DNA from: an uncultured Rhodospirillaceae bacterium
GTDB taxonomy: Bacteria; Pseudomonadota; Alphaproteobacteria; MPNO01
Direction of reading: 5' to 3'
NCBI GenBank assembly: GCA_964587515.1
Contig: CAZPMO010000002.1
Span: 28,151-68,117, forward strand
DNA: 39,967 nucleotides
Made by a program: the position numbers and the translations under genes. Below the pieces are notes generated by a model. It did not search any database. It had not been told where the DNA came from and worked only from the letters and a program-made list of their open reading frames with translations. Below, in pieces: positions 10,201-19,322 of the stretch (positions are counted from its first letter, which is position 1; each line of letters starts with the position of its first letter).

Positions 10201-11220
10201 AATCTCGATCAGCACGCATTGAGGGACGACGCGATATCGGCCGCCGAGAAGGCCGCCCGATTGACCCATCGCCTGCTGGCGTTCGCCCGTGAACAGCCGC
10301 TACTTCCCCGACCCCTCGATGTCGGCGCCGTGGTTGAGGGCATGCGCGAGCTCATTTGCCGAACCGTGAGAGAAAATATCGCGGTCCGCTTCGAGCACAA
10401 CGATCGGGTGCACGCTTTCGCCGACCCTTCGCAACTCGAGAACGCGGTGCTCAACCTTGTGATCAACGCGCGCGACGCCATGCCGGACGGTGGACAATTG
10501 ACCATCGAAACCGGAGAGCGTTATTTCGGAAATGGCAACGCCCCGGACAACGACGCGGCCGCGCCTGGCCACTATGTCACGGTATCGGTAACCGACACCG
10601 GAACAGGGATACCGGCCGAAATGCAGTCACGCGTGTTCGAGCCGTTTTTCACCAGCAAGGACACGGGCCAGGGAAGTGGGCTCGGGCTGAGCATGGTGCA
10701 CGGCTTCGCCCGACAATCCGGCGGGCAGGTCGATATCGAGAGCGAGATGGGCCGCGGAACCACCGTCTGCATATCGCTGCCCAAGACCGGTGAGGCGGTG
10801 GTGGTCGAACAGGTCGGGCCAAATACGCTTTCGGAAGAGGATCTCAGTGGTGGCGGCAAGATCGTCCTGTTGGTGGAGGACGATCCCGCAGTCTGTGAGA
10901 GCACACAGGCGCTCGTCGAGTCATACGGTTACGTCGTTTATACAGCCTCGGACGGCCCGTCCGGGCTGAAAATTCTGCAACAGAACACGGAAATCGATCT
11001 CATGCTGACTGATTTGGTGATGCCCGGCGGCATGTCCGGGATCAGTCTGGGGAAACAGGCTAAAAAGGAAAATCCGGACCTCAAAATCCTTTACATGTCG
11101 GGACACGTCAATGAAAAGCTCGGCGTGGATAGCGAGGATCTGGAATCGGTCCGGTTTATTCGCAAGCCGTTCAAGATGGAGAACCTTGCGCGGGAACTCC
11201 ACTTGGCCCTGCTGGATTAA
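7265..11220 (+). pseudogene. Hybrid sensor histidine kinase (periplasmic family-3 binding domain, TM, several PAS, HisKA, HATPase, receiver) split by a frameshift near 9608-9628
   Basis: ORF 7205..9676 has a signal peptide (likely TTG start 7265), PBP domain, TM and PAS repeats. ORF 9622..11220 has PAS, GGIAHDFNNLL, NLVINARDAM, GSGLGL and TDLVMPGG. An 8-bp tandem duplication joins them. Confidence 0.9.
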
Positions 11221-11441
11221 TCCGCCTCATCGTTCTCGAACGGCTCGCGGGTCAGGCGGTCGCCTTTTCTCGAGGTCGCGATCATGGCGATCATCGCGCC
11301 CGCGGTCAGCGCCAGCAGGATGACCATGAACAGGTGGAAGTTGCGGGTCTGTAAAAGCGTCGCTCCCATATACCAGAGCGCCCCGAGGACGATTGCCAGC
11401 ACCAGCCAGTGAAACGGTTTGCCGAGAAAAATTTTCCGCAT
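11217..11441 (-). CDS. Small two-TM membrane protein (74 aa) coupled to the TRAP permease
   Basis: MRKIFLGKPFHWLVLAIVLGALW...TREPFENDEAD. ATG overlaps the permease TGA (TGATG) and has GGGA upstream. Confidence 0.78.
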   Translation of the reverse strand: MRKIFLGKPFHWLVLAIVLGALWYMGATLLQTRNFHLFMVILLALTAGAMIAMIATSRKGDRLTREPFENDEAD

Positions 11442-13441
11442 CACGCCAGTCCCGGCTCGGCCCGGCTGCGGCGAATTATGGTGAACACGATCACCGCACC
11501 GCCGACGGCGTTGAGAACGAAACCCGATATCCCGAGCGGCGTCAGCAGCGGCGGAAACATCGCGCCTATCCCGGACACACCGATGACGATGCGCGCGATC
11601 ATCGGCATAGGTCCGCGGTACCAGCCCTCGAGCGCCAGCGACAACGCCCAGACGCCGGCGAACGCGGCCACCGCGGAATAAGCCGTCAGCCACAGCGGCC
11701 CCTCGAACAGCAGGCTCGGGTTATAGACGAAGACGAAGGGCACGAGGTACTTGGCGATGCCGATGCGCGCGGACTCGAAGGCCGTCGCCATCGGCCGGCT
11801 GCCGGCGATCGCCGCCGCCGCGAACGACGCCAACGCCACTGGTGGCGTGATGGTGGAGACCACGCCGTAATAGAATGCGAACATGTGGGCCGCCATTGGC
11901 TTAACGCCAATTTCGATCAGGGCCGGCACGATCAGGGCCGCGACGGTAATATAGACCGCCGTCGTGGTGATCCCCATCCCCAGCAGGATCGCGGCGATGG
12001 CGGTCAGGACCAGCAGCAGGAACAGATAGCCCTGCGAAAGATCGATCACCGAATTGGTGAATTTGAGCCCGAGGCCGGAAACGAAGATCGAGCCGATAAT
12101 GATACCGGCGCAGGCGCAGGCGACGCTCACCGGGATCGTGCTGCGTACCCCCGATTCCATGGCCGAGAAAATATCGACCGGGCTCATCCGGGTACGCGGG
12201 TTTACGAAGGTCATGATGGTCAGGACGATGATCGCCCAGAACGCGGAAAGCGTTGCCGTGAACCCGTAAATCAGCAGCACCACCAGGATCGCCAGCGACA
12301 GCAAAAGGTGCCAGCCGTCCTTCAGCACGTCGAGGAGGCGCGGCAACTCATCGCGCGGCACGCGCTCGATGCCGAGTTTCTCGGCTTCCAGATGCACCAT
12401 GAAATAGACGGTCGCGAAATAGAGGAAAGTCGGCACAATCGCCGCCACGATCACCGACAGATATCGGACGCCCATGAATTCGGCGATGATGAAGGCTGCG
12501 GCGCCCATGATCGGCGGCGTAATCTGTCCACCCGAAGACGCGCAGGCCTCGACCGCGGCGGCGAATTTCGCGCCATAGCCGAGCCGTTTCATCATCGGGA
12601 TGGTGAACGACCCGGTGGTCACCACGTTGGCCGTCGCCGATCCCGAGACGGTGCCGAGGAAGGCGGACGCCACCACCGACGCCTTGGCCGGTCCGCCTAT
12701 GCGATGCCCGGTCAGCGAGACCGCGAGATCGATGAAGAACCGCCCGGCACCGGAACGGATCAAAATCCCGCCGAACACAATGAACAGCACGATATAGGTG
12801 GACGCGACAAGCAGCGGGATGCCGAACACGCCGATAAGCTGAATGAACTGGGCGTCGATGAAGGTGTCGACCGACACCGGTGGCCCATACAACATGCCGA
12901 AGAAGTAATCCGAGAAAAGCGTATGGACGATAAAGAACAGCGTGATGATCACCATCGTCCAGCCGACGGCGCGGCGCGTCATTTCGAGCACCAGGGCGAT
13001 CAGCATCCAGCCGAAATAGAAATCGGCCTCGACCGGCGCTCCTTCGCGCGCCTGCATCTCCTCGATATCGAACAGCATGTAGCTCTGCACCGCGATGACC
13101 GCGACGATCAGCGCAAGATCAATGGCGAAGCCCGCGATGCGCCGGCCATTCCCCGGATCGCCCGCGACCACCAGGGGATCGGAAATGGAGCTCCTGAACA
13201 TCGGATAGACCAGCGCGGCCAGCACCAGCATCACCGCCAGATGGGTGCTCCGGAACGAAAGCGATTCGGGTGTGCCGAAACCGGCAACGAAGAGATGAAA
13301 AAGCGCAAGCATGATCGCCAGCGCCGACGCCGCGAACATGACACATGTGGTGAACTCGATCCGACGGGCGCGCAACACCCTCTCGAACAGAGCGTATTCG
13401 CGTATTTCCTCGAAGTGCAGGCGGCGCTTCGTTTCGGACAT
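11441..13441 (-). CDS. TRAP transporter fused 4TM/12TM permease (TAXI type)
   Basis: GGPAKASVVAS, SGSATANVVTTG, ASSGGQITPPIMGAAAF, GMGITTTAVY, ITPPVALASFAAA. Confidence 0.95.
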   Translation of the reverse strand: MSETKRRLHFEEIREYALFERVLRARRIEFTTCVMFAASALAIMLALFHLFVAGFGTPESLSFRSTHLAVMLVLAALVYPMFRSSISDPLVVAGDPGNGRRIAGFAIDLALIVAVIAVQSYMLFDIEEMQAREGAPVEADFYFGWMLIALVLEMTRRAVGWTMVIITLFFIVHTLFSDYFFGMLYGPPVSVDTFIDAQFIQLIGVFGIPLLVASTYIVLFIVFGGILIRSGAGRFFIDLAVSLTGHRIGGPAKASVVASAFLGTVSGSATANVVTTGSFTIPMMKRLGYGAKFAAAVEACASSGGQITPPIMGAAAFIIAEFMGVRYLSVIVAAIVPTFLYFATVYFMVHLEAEKLGIERVPRDELPRLLDVLKDGWHLLLSLAILVVLLIYGFTATLSAFWAIIVLTIMTFVNPRTRMSPVDIFSAMESGVRSTIPVSVACACAGIIIGSIFVSGLGLKFTNSVIDLSQGYLFLLLVLTAIAAILLGMGITTTAVYITVAALIVPALIEIGVKPMAAHMFAFYYGVVSTITPPVALASFAAAAIAGSRPMATAFESARIGIAKYLVPFVFVYNPSLLFEGPLWLTAYSAVAAFAGVWALSLALEGWYRGPMPMIARIVIGVSGIGAMFPPLLTPLGISGFVLNAVGGAVIVFTIIRRSRAEPGLA

Positions 13442-13467
13442 AAGATGGGTTGCGGCCGATGGATGAT

Positions 13468-13500
13468 CAGGGGAGGTGCCGGGATGCGGCGTCTCCCCTG
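13468..13500 (-). other. Intercistronic stem-loop between the binding-protein and permease genes
   Basis: caggggag...gccg ggatg cggc...ctcccctg inverted repeat just downstream of the TAXI gene stop. Confidence 0.55.
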
Positions 13501-13518
13501 TATCCTAAACGGCGCCGA

Positions 13519-14478
13519 CTACTTTTTGACGCCCTTTTCGGCGTAGAACTTCATGGCGCCGGGATGAACCGGGATCGCCGCGGCCTTCAGGGCCGAGGCG
13601 AGGTTCACGTTCTTCCAGTTGCCGTGCACCTTGAGAATTTCGGCGTGCGCGGCCCAGAACGCCTTGGTCATCTTGTAGACCAGCGCGTCCGACACCGATT
13701 GGTTGATCACGATCACCGTGGCGGTGGCGATCGTCGGCACCGCGTTCGGCGTTCCCTTGTAGGTCCCGGCGTTGATGTTGGCCTTGAAGAAACCGGGATT
13801 CTGCTTGACGAACTTGGCGGCGATGCCGCTGTCGACAGGCAGGAAACGGACGCCGGGGCTGAAATCCAGCGCGATGAACGATGAGTTCGGCGCCGTGGTC
13901 AGTCCGACAAAGGCGTCGATGTGGCCGTCTTTCATCAGCGCCACCGAATCCTTGTAGCCGACGCGGTGGATGGTGCCGCCGTTGCTCTTGATCTGGCCGT
14001 AGGTGACGCCGTAGAGCGCCAGCAGCTTCTCCATCGTGACGTTGCCGGAGAAGGTCGCCTTGCCCGGGCTGATATTCTTGTTTTTGAGATCGGCGTAGGA
14101 CCGGATTTTGGATTTTGCCGGAACCGCCGTCTGAAGGATGCCGGGATAGAGCGTCGCGAAGAACCGCACGTCCTTGTGCGCCTTCTTGAACTTGCCCTTG
14201 CCGTTATAGCCGTTATAGGCGGTGAAGCCGAAGGTCCAGCCGAATTCGGCATTGCCCTTGCCGACATTGCGCACGTTGCCGACGCCGCCGCCGGGGCCGC
14301 TGGAGGTGCGGATGCCGGAGACGTCGCGCTGCAGGATCTCCATGATCTTGCCGCCGAACGGATACCAGCTGCCGCCGGCCGGGCCGGTCACCATGCGTAC
14401 GAACGTTTCCGCGTTCGCCGAACTTGCCAGCAGCGCCAGCGCGCCAGCGGTGATGATCGTCTTTGCGGGAACTCTCAT
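13519..14478 (-). CDS. TAXI family TRAP solute-binding protein
   Basis: Signal peptide, TGPAGGSWYP, GGGVGN, MKDGHIDA, IPVHPGAMKFY. Confidence 0.94.
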   Translation of the reverse strand: MRVPAKTIITAGALALLASSANAETFVRMVTGPAGGSWYPFGGKIMEILQRDVSGIRTSSGPGGGVGNVRNVGKGNAEFGWTFGFTAYNGYNGKGKFKKAHKDVRFFATLYPGILQTAVPAKSKIRSYADLKNKNISPGKATFSGNVTMEKLLALYGVTYGQIKSNGGTIHRVGYKDSVALMKDGHIDAFVGLTTAPNSSFIALDFSPGVRFLPVDSGIAAKFVKQNPGFFKANINAGTYKGTPNAVPTIATATVIVINQSVSDALVYKMTKAFWAAHAEILKVHGNWKNVNLASALKAAAIPVHPGAMKFYAEKGVKK

Positions 14479-14570
14479 TTCTCTCCCCTTCTGATGCCTG
14501 CTGTTTATGGTTTTGCTCTTCCCATGATGCTGCCCAAAGCGGGCGGGTTTTGCAAGGACGCGCGATGCGA

Positions 14571-15434
14571 CTATTTTTCGCCCCGGACCGGATTGCGCAA
14601 CGTGCCAATACCCTCGATCTCGATCTCGGCGGTATCGCCGGCCTTCATGAACACCGGCGGCTTGCGCACGAAACCGACGCCGGCCGGGGTGCCGGTGAAA
14701 ATGATGTCGCCCGGCTCCAGCGTCATGACGTTGCTGGCGGCGGCGATGATGGTCTGGGTGTCGAAAATCATATTCTTGGTATTCGACGATTGCAGCACCC
14801 GGCCATTGAGGCGGGCCTGGATGTCGAGCCCCTTGCCGCCCTTGGGCAATTCATCGGCGGTCACGATATCGGAGCCCCAGGAACCGGTCTTGTCGAAATT
14901 CTTGCCCAACGTCCACTGCGAGCCGCGCATCTGGTAGTCGCGAATTGAGCCTTCGTTGCCGACCGCGTAACCGGCGACGTAATCGAGCGCCTTCGATTTC
15001 GGAATGCTACGGCCTTTCTTGCCGATCACCGCGACCAGCTCGGCCTCGTAATCGAAATGCTTCGACGCCTTGGGCCGGATGATGGCCTGGCCGTGGCCGA
15101 CGATGGAGCTTTGCACGCGCAGGAACAGTATCGGATAGTCGGGCGCCTTCAGGCCGGCCTCGGCGGCGTGATCGCTGTAGTTGAGCCCGACACAGATAAT
15201 TTTTCCGGGACTGGCGATCGGCGCAAGCGTCGTCACCCTTCCCTTTACCAGGGCGCGTTTCGGCGCCTTCTTGGCCGCCGCGCTGGCCTTGCGCAACGCC
15301 CCTTTGCCGGCCGCGATCAGGCCGAGCATGTCCTTGGGCAGTGACTTGTCGGCGATCGACAGATCGACGATCCCGTCGTCGCGACGCACCCCGACCCGTA
15401 ATTCCTTACCCTTCTTGAATGTTACCAAACGCAT
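14571..15434 (-). CDS. Fumarylacetoacetate hydrolase family protein
   Basis: KIICVGLNYSDH, DYEAEL, WTLGKNFD, TLEPGDIIFTGTPAGVG. Confidence 0.94.
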   Translation of the reverse strand: MRLVTFKKGKELRVGVRRDDGIVDLSIADKSLPKDMLGLIAAGKGALRKASAAAKKAPKRALVKGRVTTLAPIASPGKIICVGLNYSDHAAEAGLKAPDYPILFLRVQSSIVGHGQAIIRPKASKHFDYEAELVAVIGKKGRSIPKSKALDYVAGYAVGNEGSIRDYQMRGSQWTLGKNFDKTGSWGSDIVTADELPKGGKGLDIQARLNGRVLQSSNTKNMIFDTQTIIAAASNVMTLEPGDIIFTGTPAGVGFVRKPPVFMKAGDTAEIEIEGIGTLRNPVRGEK

Positions 15435-15513
15435 TGAAGCCTCCCGGTTGGTGGGCCGGTCCGGACTGGAACGGCCGCGATGATAAAGACGATCCGCCGC
15501 GATGACGTCGCGG

Positions 15514-16371
15514 TCAGGTTTGGAATTGCGGAATGTCCGGCAGCGATCCCCACATGCATAGCGAATATTGGTCCCAGGGGAACTGTCGGGCGCGATGATC
15601 GGGGTTCTCGCTCAGCAGCTTCACCCCGAAGGAATTCTCGTAGACCATGCCGTTCGGTCCCTCGAAATAGAGGAACATCGCGGTCGACAGCGGATGGCGG
15701 CCCGGTCCGAAGACGATCTTCACCTGCCGGTCCCGCAGGAAATAATAGGACCGCATCACGTCGTCCAGACTGTCGACCTGGAAATTCACATGCTGCACGC
15801 CCGGCGTCTCGGACGGGAACAGGGCCATTCGGTGGTGGACGTCGTCAAAGGACAGCAATCCGCAGCCGGCGATCCAGTCGTTGCACTGAAAGTTGAAGCT
15901 GGTGCACCAGAAATCCTCGTCACGCGGCGGATTGGCCGAATTCAGCCCGATATGGCTGAATTCCTGGATACCCGCGTCGCGGCTCGGGAAATAGCGCACG
16001 CCGCTGTGGAACGGGCGCAGCACGATGTCGATCCCATTGCCGGACAGATCGGTGAACGAAATAAAATCCATGACGCGGCGCGAAACGGCCTCGTCCTCCG
16101 TGCCGCGATGGATCGCGAACCCCGCGGCGGCGAGGTCATTGGCGGCGGCGTCCAGCTCGGCCCGCGTCAGCACCTCGAACGCGACCGTATGATCGGTCGG
16201 ATCGCCTTGGAAATAGCAGACATTGTGGTCGCGGTCGTCGCCCCGAAGATAGGCCGATCCGTTCTCGCGCCCGACCAGTTCAAGCCCCATTGTCTCGGTG
16301 CAGAACTCGACCGCCGCATCGACGTCTTCGGTCCCGAAACGCACATAGCGGATATCGACAAGGTTTATCAT
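15514..16371 (-). CDS. Two-domain VOC extradiol dioxygenase, 2,3-dihydroxy-p-cumate/2,3-dihydroxybenzoate 3,4-dioxygenase (CmtC)-like
   Basis: FSHIGL, VHHRMAL, VQHVNFQV, FGPGRHPLS, FLYFEGPNGMVYE, CMWGS C-terminus. Subfamily assignment is from recall. Confidence 0.82.
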   Translation of the reverse strand: MINLVDIRYVRFGTEDVDAAVEFCTETMGLELVGRENGSAYLRGDDRDHNVCYFQGDPTDHTVAFEVLTRAELDAAANDLAAAGFAIHRGTEDEAVSRRVMDFISFTDLSGNGIDIVLRPFHSGVRYFPSRDAGIQEFSHIGLNSANPPRDEDFWCTSFNFQCNDWIAGCGLLSFDDVHHRMALFPSETPGVQHVNFQVDSLDDVMRSYYFLRDRQVKIVFGPGRHPLSTAMFLYFEGPNGMVYENSFGVKLLSENPDHRARQFPWDQYSLCMWGSLPDIPQFQT

Positions 16372-16510
16372 TCTTTACCTCCCGCGCGCGTTATCGACGC
16401 GCGTTATGGGTTTGCCCTATCCGAATGTATAATTCAACATCCGCGTCTTGATAAACGCAACTCTATTGGCTCAAAACGCATTTTCACGCACCAATCGGAC
16501 CCGAGGAACC

Positions 16511-17740
16511 ATGAGCGAAATACCCACCTTCGTGACCCATCTCGAATGCGGCCTGACCGGCAAACGCTACGAGGCGGATACGCTCCACGGCCTGTCCGAG
16601 GCGGGGCGACCGCTGCTGGTGCGGTATGATTTAGATGCGCTGGGCCGCGCCATCGACAAGGAGACGCTGGCCGCGCGCGAGCCGGAATTCTGGCGCTACC
16701 GCGAATTTCTGCCGATCCGCCGCGCCGAGAACGTGGTGCGCCTCGGCGAAATAATGACGCCGTTGATCCGCGCACCGGGACTGGAACGCGCGCTGGGCTC
16801 GGGCGAGGTGCTGATCAAGGACGAAGGCCGCCTGCCGACCGGCTCGTTCAAGGCGCGCGGGCTTGCGCTCGCGGTCTCCATGGCGAAGGAACTCGGCGTC
16901 ACGCGCATGGCCATGCCGACCAACGGCAATGCCGGCGCCGCGCTGGCCGCCTATTGCACGCGCGCCGGCATTAGCTGCGACGTATTCTGCCCCGACGACA
17001 CGCCCGAAATTAACATCGCCGAGATCGCCATCGCGGGCGCGCGCACCTGGAAGGTCAACGGGCTGATCGACGATTGCGGGCGCATCGTCGGCGAGGGCAA
17101 GGAGATCGTCGGCTGGTTCGACACCTCGACCCTGAAGGAGCCCTACCGCATCGAAGGCAAGAAGACCATGGGGCTGGAGCTCGCCGAACAGCTCGGCTGG
17201 GACGTGCCCGACGTGATCCTCTATCCCACCGGCGGCGGCACCGGGCTGATCGGCATGTGGAAGGCGTTCGCCGAGCTTGCCGCGATCGGCTGGCTCGGCG
17301 ACAAGCGCCCGCGCATGGTGGCGGTGCAGGCCGCCGGCTGCGCGCCCATCGTGAAAGCCTACGAGGACGGCGTCGAACACGCCGATCGTTGGGAAAACGC
17401 CCATACGGTGGCCGCCGGCATTCGCGTGCCGGCCGCGGTCGGCGATTTTCTGATTCTGCGCGGCGTGCGCGAGTCCGGCGGCTTCGCCACCGCCGTCGAG
17501 GACGACGCCATCGAGGCCGCGCGCGACCGGGTGGCGCGGTCGGATGGCATTCTGCTGTGTCCCGAGGGCGCGGCCACCGTCGCGGCGCTGGAGAAGGAAC
17601 TCGCCAGCGGGCGTATTTCCAAGGACGAACGCGTGGTGCTGTTCAACTGCGCCACCGGTCTCAAATATCCGCTCGCCGCCGACGTCGGCCGCATCGACCT
17701 CGGCCAGCCCATCGACTATGCCGCAATGGCGGCGCGATAG
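16511..17740 (+). CDS. thrC: Threonine synthase family PLP enzyme
   Basis: KDEGRLPTGSFKARG (PLP Lys), PTNGNAG, EPYRIEGKKTMG, PTGGGTG, CPEGAA, TGLKY. GAGG before ATG 16511. Confidence 0.85.
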   Translation: MSEIPTFVTHLECGLTGKRYEADTLHGLSEAGRPLLVRYDLDALGRAIDKETLAAREPEFWRYREFLPIRRAENVVRLGEIMTPLIRAPGLERALGSGEVLIKDEGRLPTGSFKARGLALAVSMAKELGVTRMAMPTNGNAGAALAAYCTRAGISCDVFCPDDTPEINIAEIAIAGARTWKVNGLIDDCGRIVGEGKEIVGWFDTSTLKEPYRIEGKKTMGLELAEQLGWDVPDVILYPTGGGTGLIGMWKAFAELAAIGWLGDKRPRMVAVQAAGCAPIVKAYEDGVEHADRWENAHTVAAGIRVPAAVGDFLILRGVRESGGFATAVEDDAIEAARDRVARSDGILLCPEGAATVAALEKELASGRISKDERVVLFNCATGLKYPLAADVGRIDLGQPIDYAAMAAR

Positions 17741-17801
17741 GTTCGCTTGCCCCGGGGGGTCGGGCGACACAATTGAACGGGGAACCAAGCGAAAGGAAAC
17801 G

Positions 17802-18359
17802 ATGATGTCTACTCTGCCGCCGGCCGCGCTCAGCCATTGCGTCATGTATGTGTACGATTTCGAGATGATGAAGGATTTCTATACCAACGTGATGGGCTTC
17901 CATCTGTCCGATATCGGCAGCGCGCGGGGCAACGACATCTGTTTCATGACGCTCGATCCGGAACTCGACCATCACCAACTCGCGCTGGCCGGCGGGCGCA
18001 AGGGCGACCGCGACGCGGGCAGCCTCAACCATCTCGCCTTCCGCCTGAAGTCCCTGCCCGATTTGCGCACCCGCTACGACGCGCTGATGGCGGCCGACAA
18101 TGTCAGCGACATCGATCCCATCACCCACGGATCGTGGCTTTCGGTCTATTACCGCGACCCGGAGAACAACCGCATGGAGTTCTTCGTCGACACCCCGTGG
18201 TACATGAAGCAGCCGATCGTCGAACCCCTCGACATGTCGTTGTCCGACGACGAGATGATGCGCCTGACCGAGCAGACCTATCGCGACTGGCCGGACTTCC
18301 GCCCCATGGAGGAATGGAAGGCCGAGACCCGCAAGAAACTAACGAGCGAGCACGCCTAA
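17802..18359 (+). CDS. Single-domain VOC/glyoxalase family protein
   Basis: LSHCVMYV, FYTNVMG, HHQLAL, LNHLAF, THGSWLSVYYRDPENNRMEF. AAGGA before ATG. Confidence 0.9.
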   Translation: MMSTLPPAALSHCVMYVYDFEMMKDFYTNVMGFHLSDIGSARGNDICFMTLDPELDHHQLALAGGRKGDRDAGSLNHLAFRLKSLPDLRTRYDALMAADNVSDIDPITHGSWLSVYYRDPENNRMEFFVDTPWYMKQPIVEPLDMSLSDDEMMRLTEQTYRDWPDFRPMEEWKAETRKKLTSEHA

Positions 18360-19057
18360 CCTGCTTCGGCCAGCGCGGTCCAGGCCCAGCCGATTTCGCG
18401 CATGGCGCGGCGCGCCTCGAACACGGTGTAGGGCTCGGCGGTCAGGAAATACTTGTCGATCAGATGCCGCACCCATTCCTGGGTCTCGGCGGCGCGCGCG
18501 GGTTCGCCCCTGAGAAAGACCAGCGCGTCCTCGGCGACCCCGTAATGGCCGGCGAGGCTGTCGGCCAGCGCGCCCATCAACCCCGGCATCTGACGTTCCA
18601 GCACCCAGGCCACGCCGGCCGCCTCGGCGGCGCTCGATTGTTCGCCGTGCAGCCGCACCATGTCGATCAGATCCTCCGCCTCGGCCGAGGGGTTCTCGAG
18701 CGCCTCGGTCAGCGCCGATGGAGACATGCCCAGCGCTTCCGTCATGAGCCGCCAGCCCTTATCGGCGTCGGAATCCGCCTCGTGGGTCGCGCGGTAGAGA
18801 CGATCGAACAGACGCGTGCCGTCGTCGCGGTCGATCACCGCGATTTTCGCGATGAAGGCGTAACGGCCGCGCCCGGCGACCACCGGCGTGAGACGGGTCA
18901 GCAGCGCCTGGAGATCGGAAACCGGCAGCGCGCCCGCCAGCGCGTCGCGCCATACGGGGTGATCGGCGAGGCGGAGATGCGGCGCGTTCTCGTCTTCGGC
19001 CAGCAACGCCGCCGCCTCGCCGCTTTCGACGATGCGCTCGACCTCGACGATTTTCAT
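18356..19057 (-). CDS. Degenerate heme-oxygenase-like (TenA/PqqC/CADD fold) protein lacking most diiron ligands
   Basis: Aligns by eye with 20150..20890 (ERQMP/EAQLP, HYGVAEDALVFL/FYGLDDDTIEYF, LIDKY/LLDKY, ARRA..WAW). ATGA overlap with the upstream ORF fixes the start at 19057. Confidence 0.78.
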   Translation of the reverse strand: MKIVEVERIVESGEAAALLAEDENAPHLRLADHPVWRDALAGALPVSDLQALLTRLTPVVAGRGRYAFIAKIAVIDRDDGTRLFDRLYRATHEADSDADKGWRLMTEALGMSPSALTEALENPSAEAEDLIDMVRLHGEQSSAAEAAGVAWVLERQMPGLMGALADSLAGHYGVAEDALVFLRGEPARAAETQEWVRHLIDKYFLTAEPYTVFEARRAMREIGWAWTALAEAG

Positions 19058-19311
19058 GACGAACCCTCCCCGGCCAGCCGTTCCGCGACGCCTTCGTCCT
19101 CCAGCGAGGTGTAGGGGCTTTTCTTCACCGACCAGAACTCGATCGCGCCGTCGAAGAAGCCGGTATAGCAAACCACATCGCGTTCCTCGAGTTCGAGCCG
19201 CGCCACCACCTGGTCCGGCACCTCGACGACCAGCTTGCCGTCGCCATCCTTGCGGACCAGCACCGGGGCCGACCATTCGATGCCCTCTTGGGAATTCTCG
19301 CTGGCTGTCAT
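19054..19311 (-). CDS. 85-aa acidic protein, AbrB/MazE/SpoVT swapped-hairpin-like
   Basis: GGAGAAGGA RBS before ATG 19311. VRKDGDGKLVVEVPDQVVARLELEERDVV resembles the GxxxIP...LxLxxGD pattern. Confidence 0.65.
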   Translation of the reverse strand: MTASENSQEGIEWSAPVLVRKDGDGKLVVEVPDQVVARLELEERDVVCYTGFFDGAIEFWSVKKSPYTSLEDEGVAERLAGEGSS

Positions 19312-19322
19312 TATCCTTCTCC

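Noticed and set aside
11393-13546. 717-aa plus-strand ORF
   Set aside because: Antisense shadow of the TRAP permease. Arg/His-rich with no motifs, typical of GC-rich DNA.
16385-16440. Repeated cgcgcgttat and imperfect palindrome atgtataattcaacat between divergent genes
   Set aside because: Could be an operator, but it is too short and degenerate, and no cognate regulator is in the window.
18356-19311. Toxin-antitoxin pair (AbrB-like gene plus downstream ORF)
   Set aside because: The downstream protein is an HDO-fold paralog with no PIN, MazF or Doc motifs.
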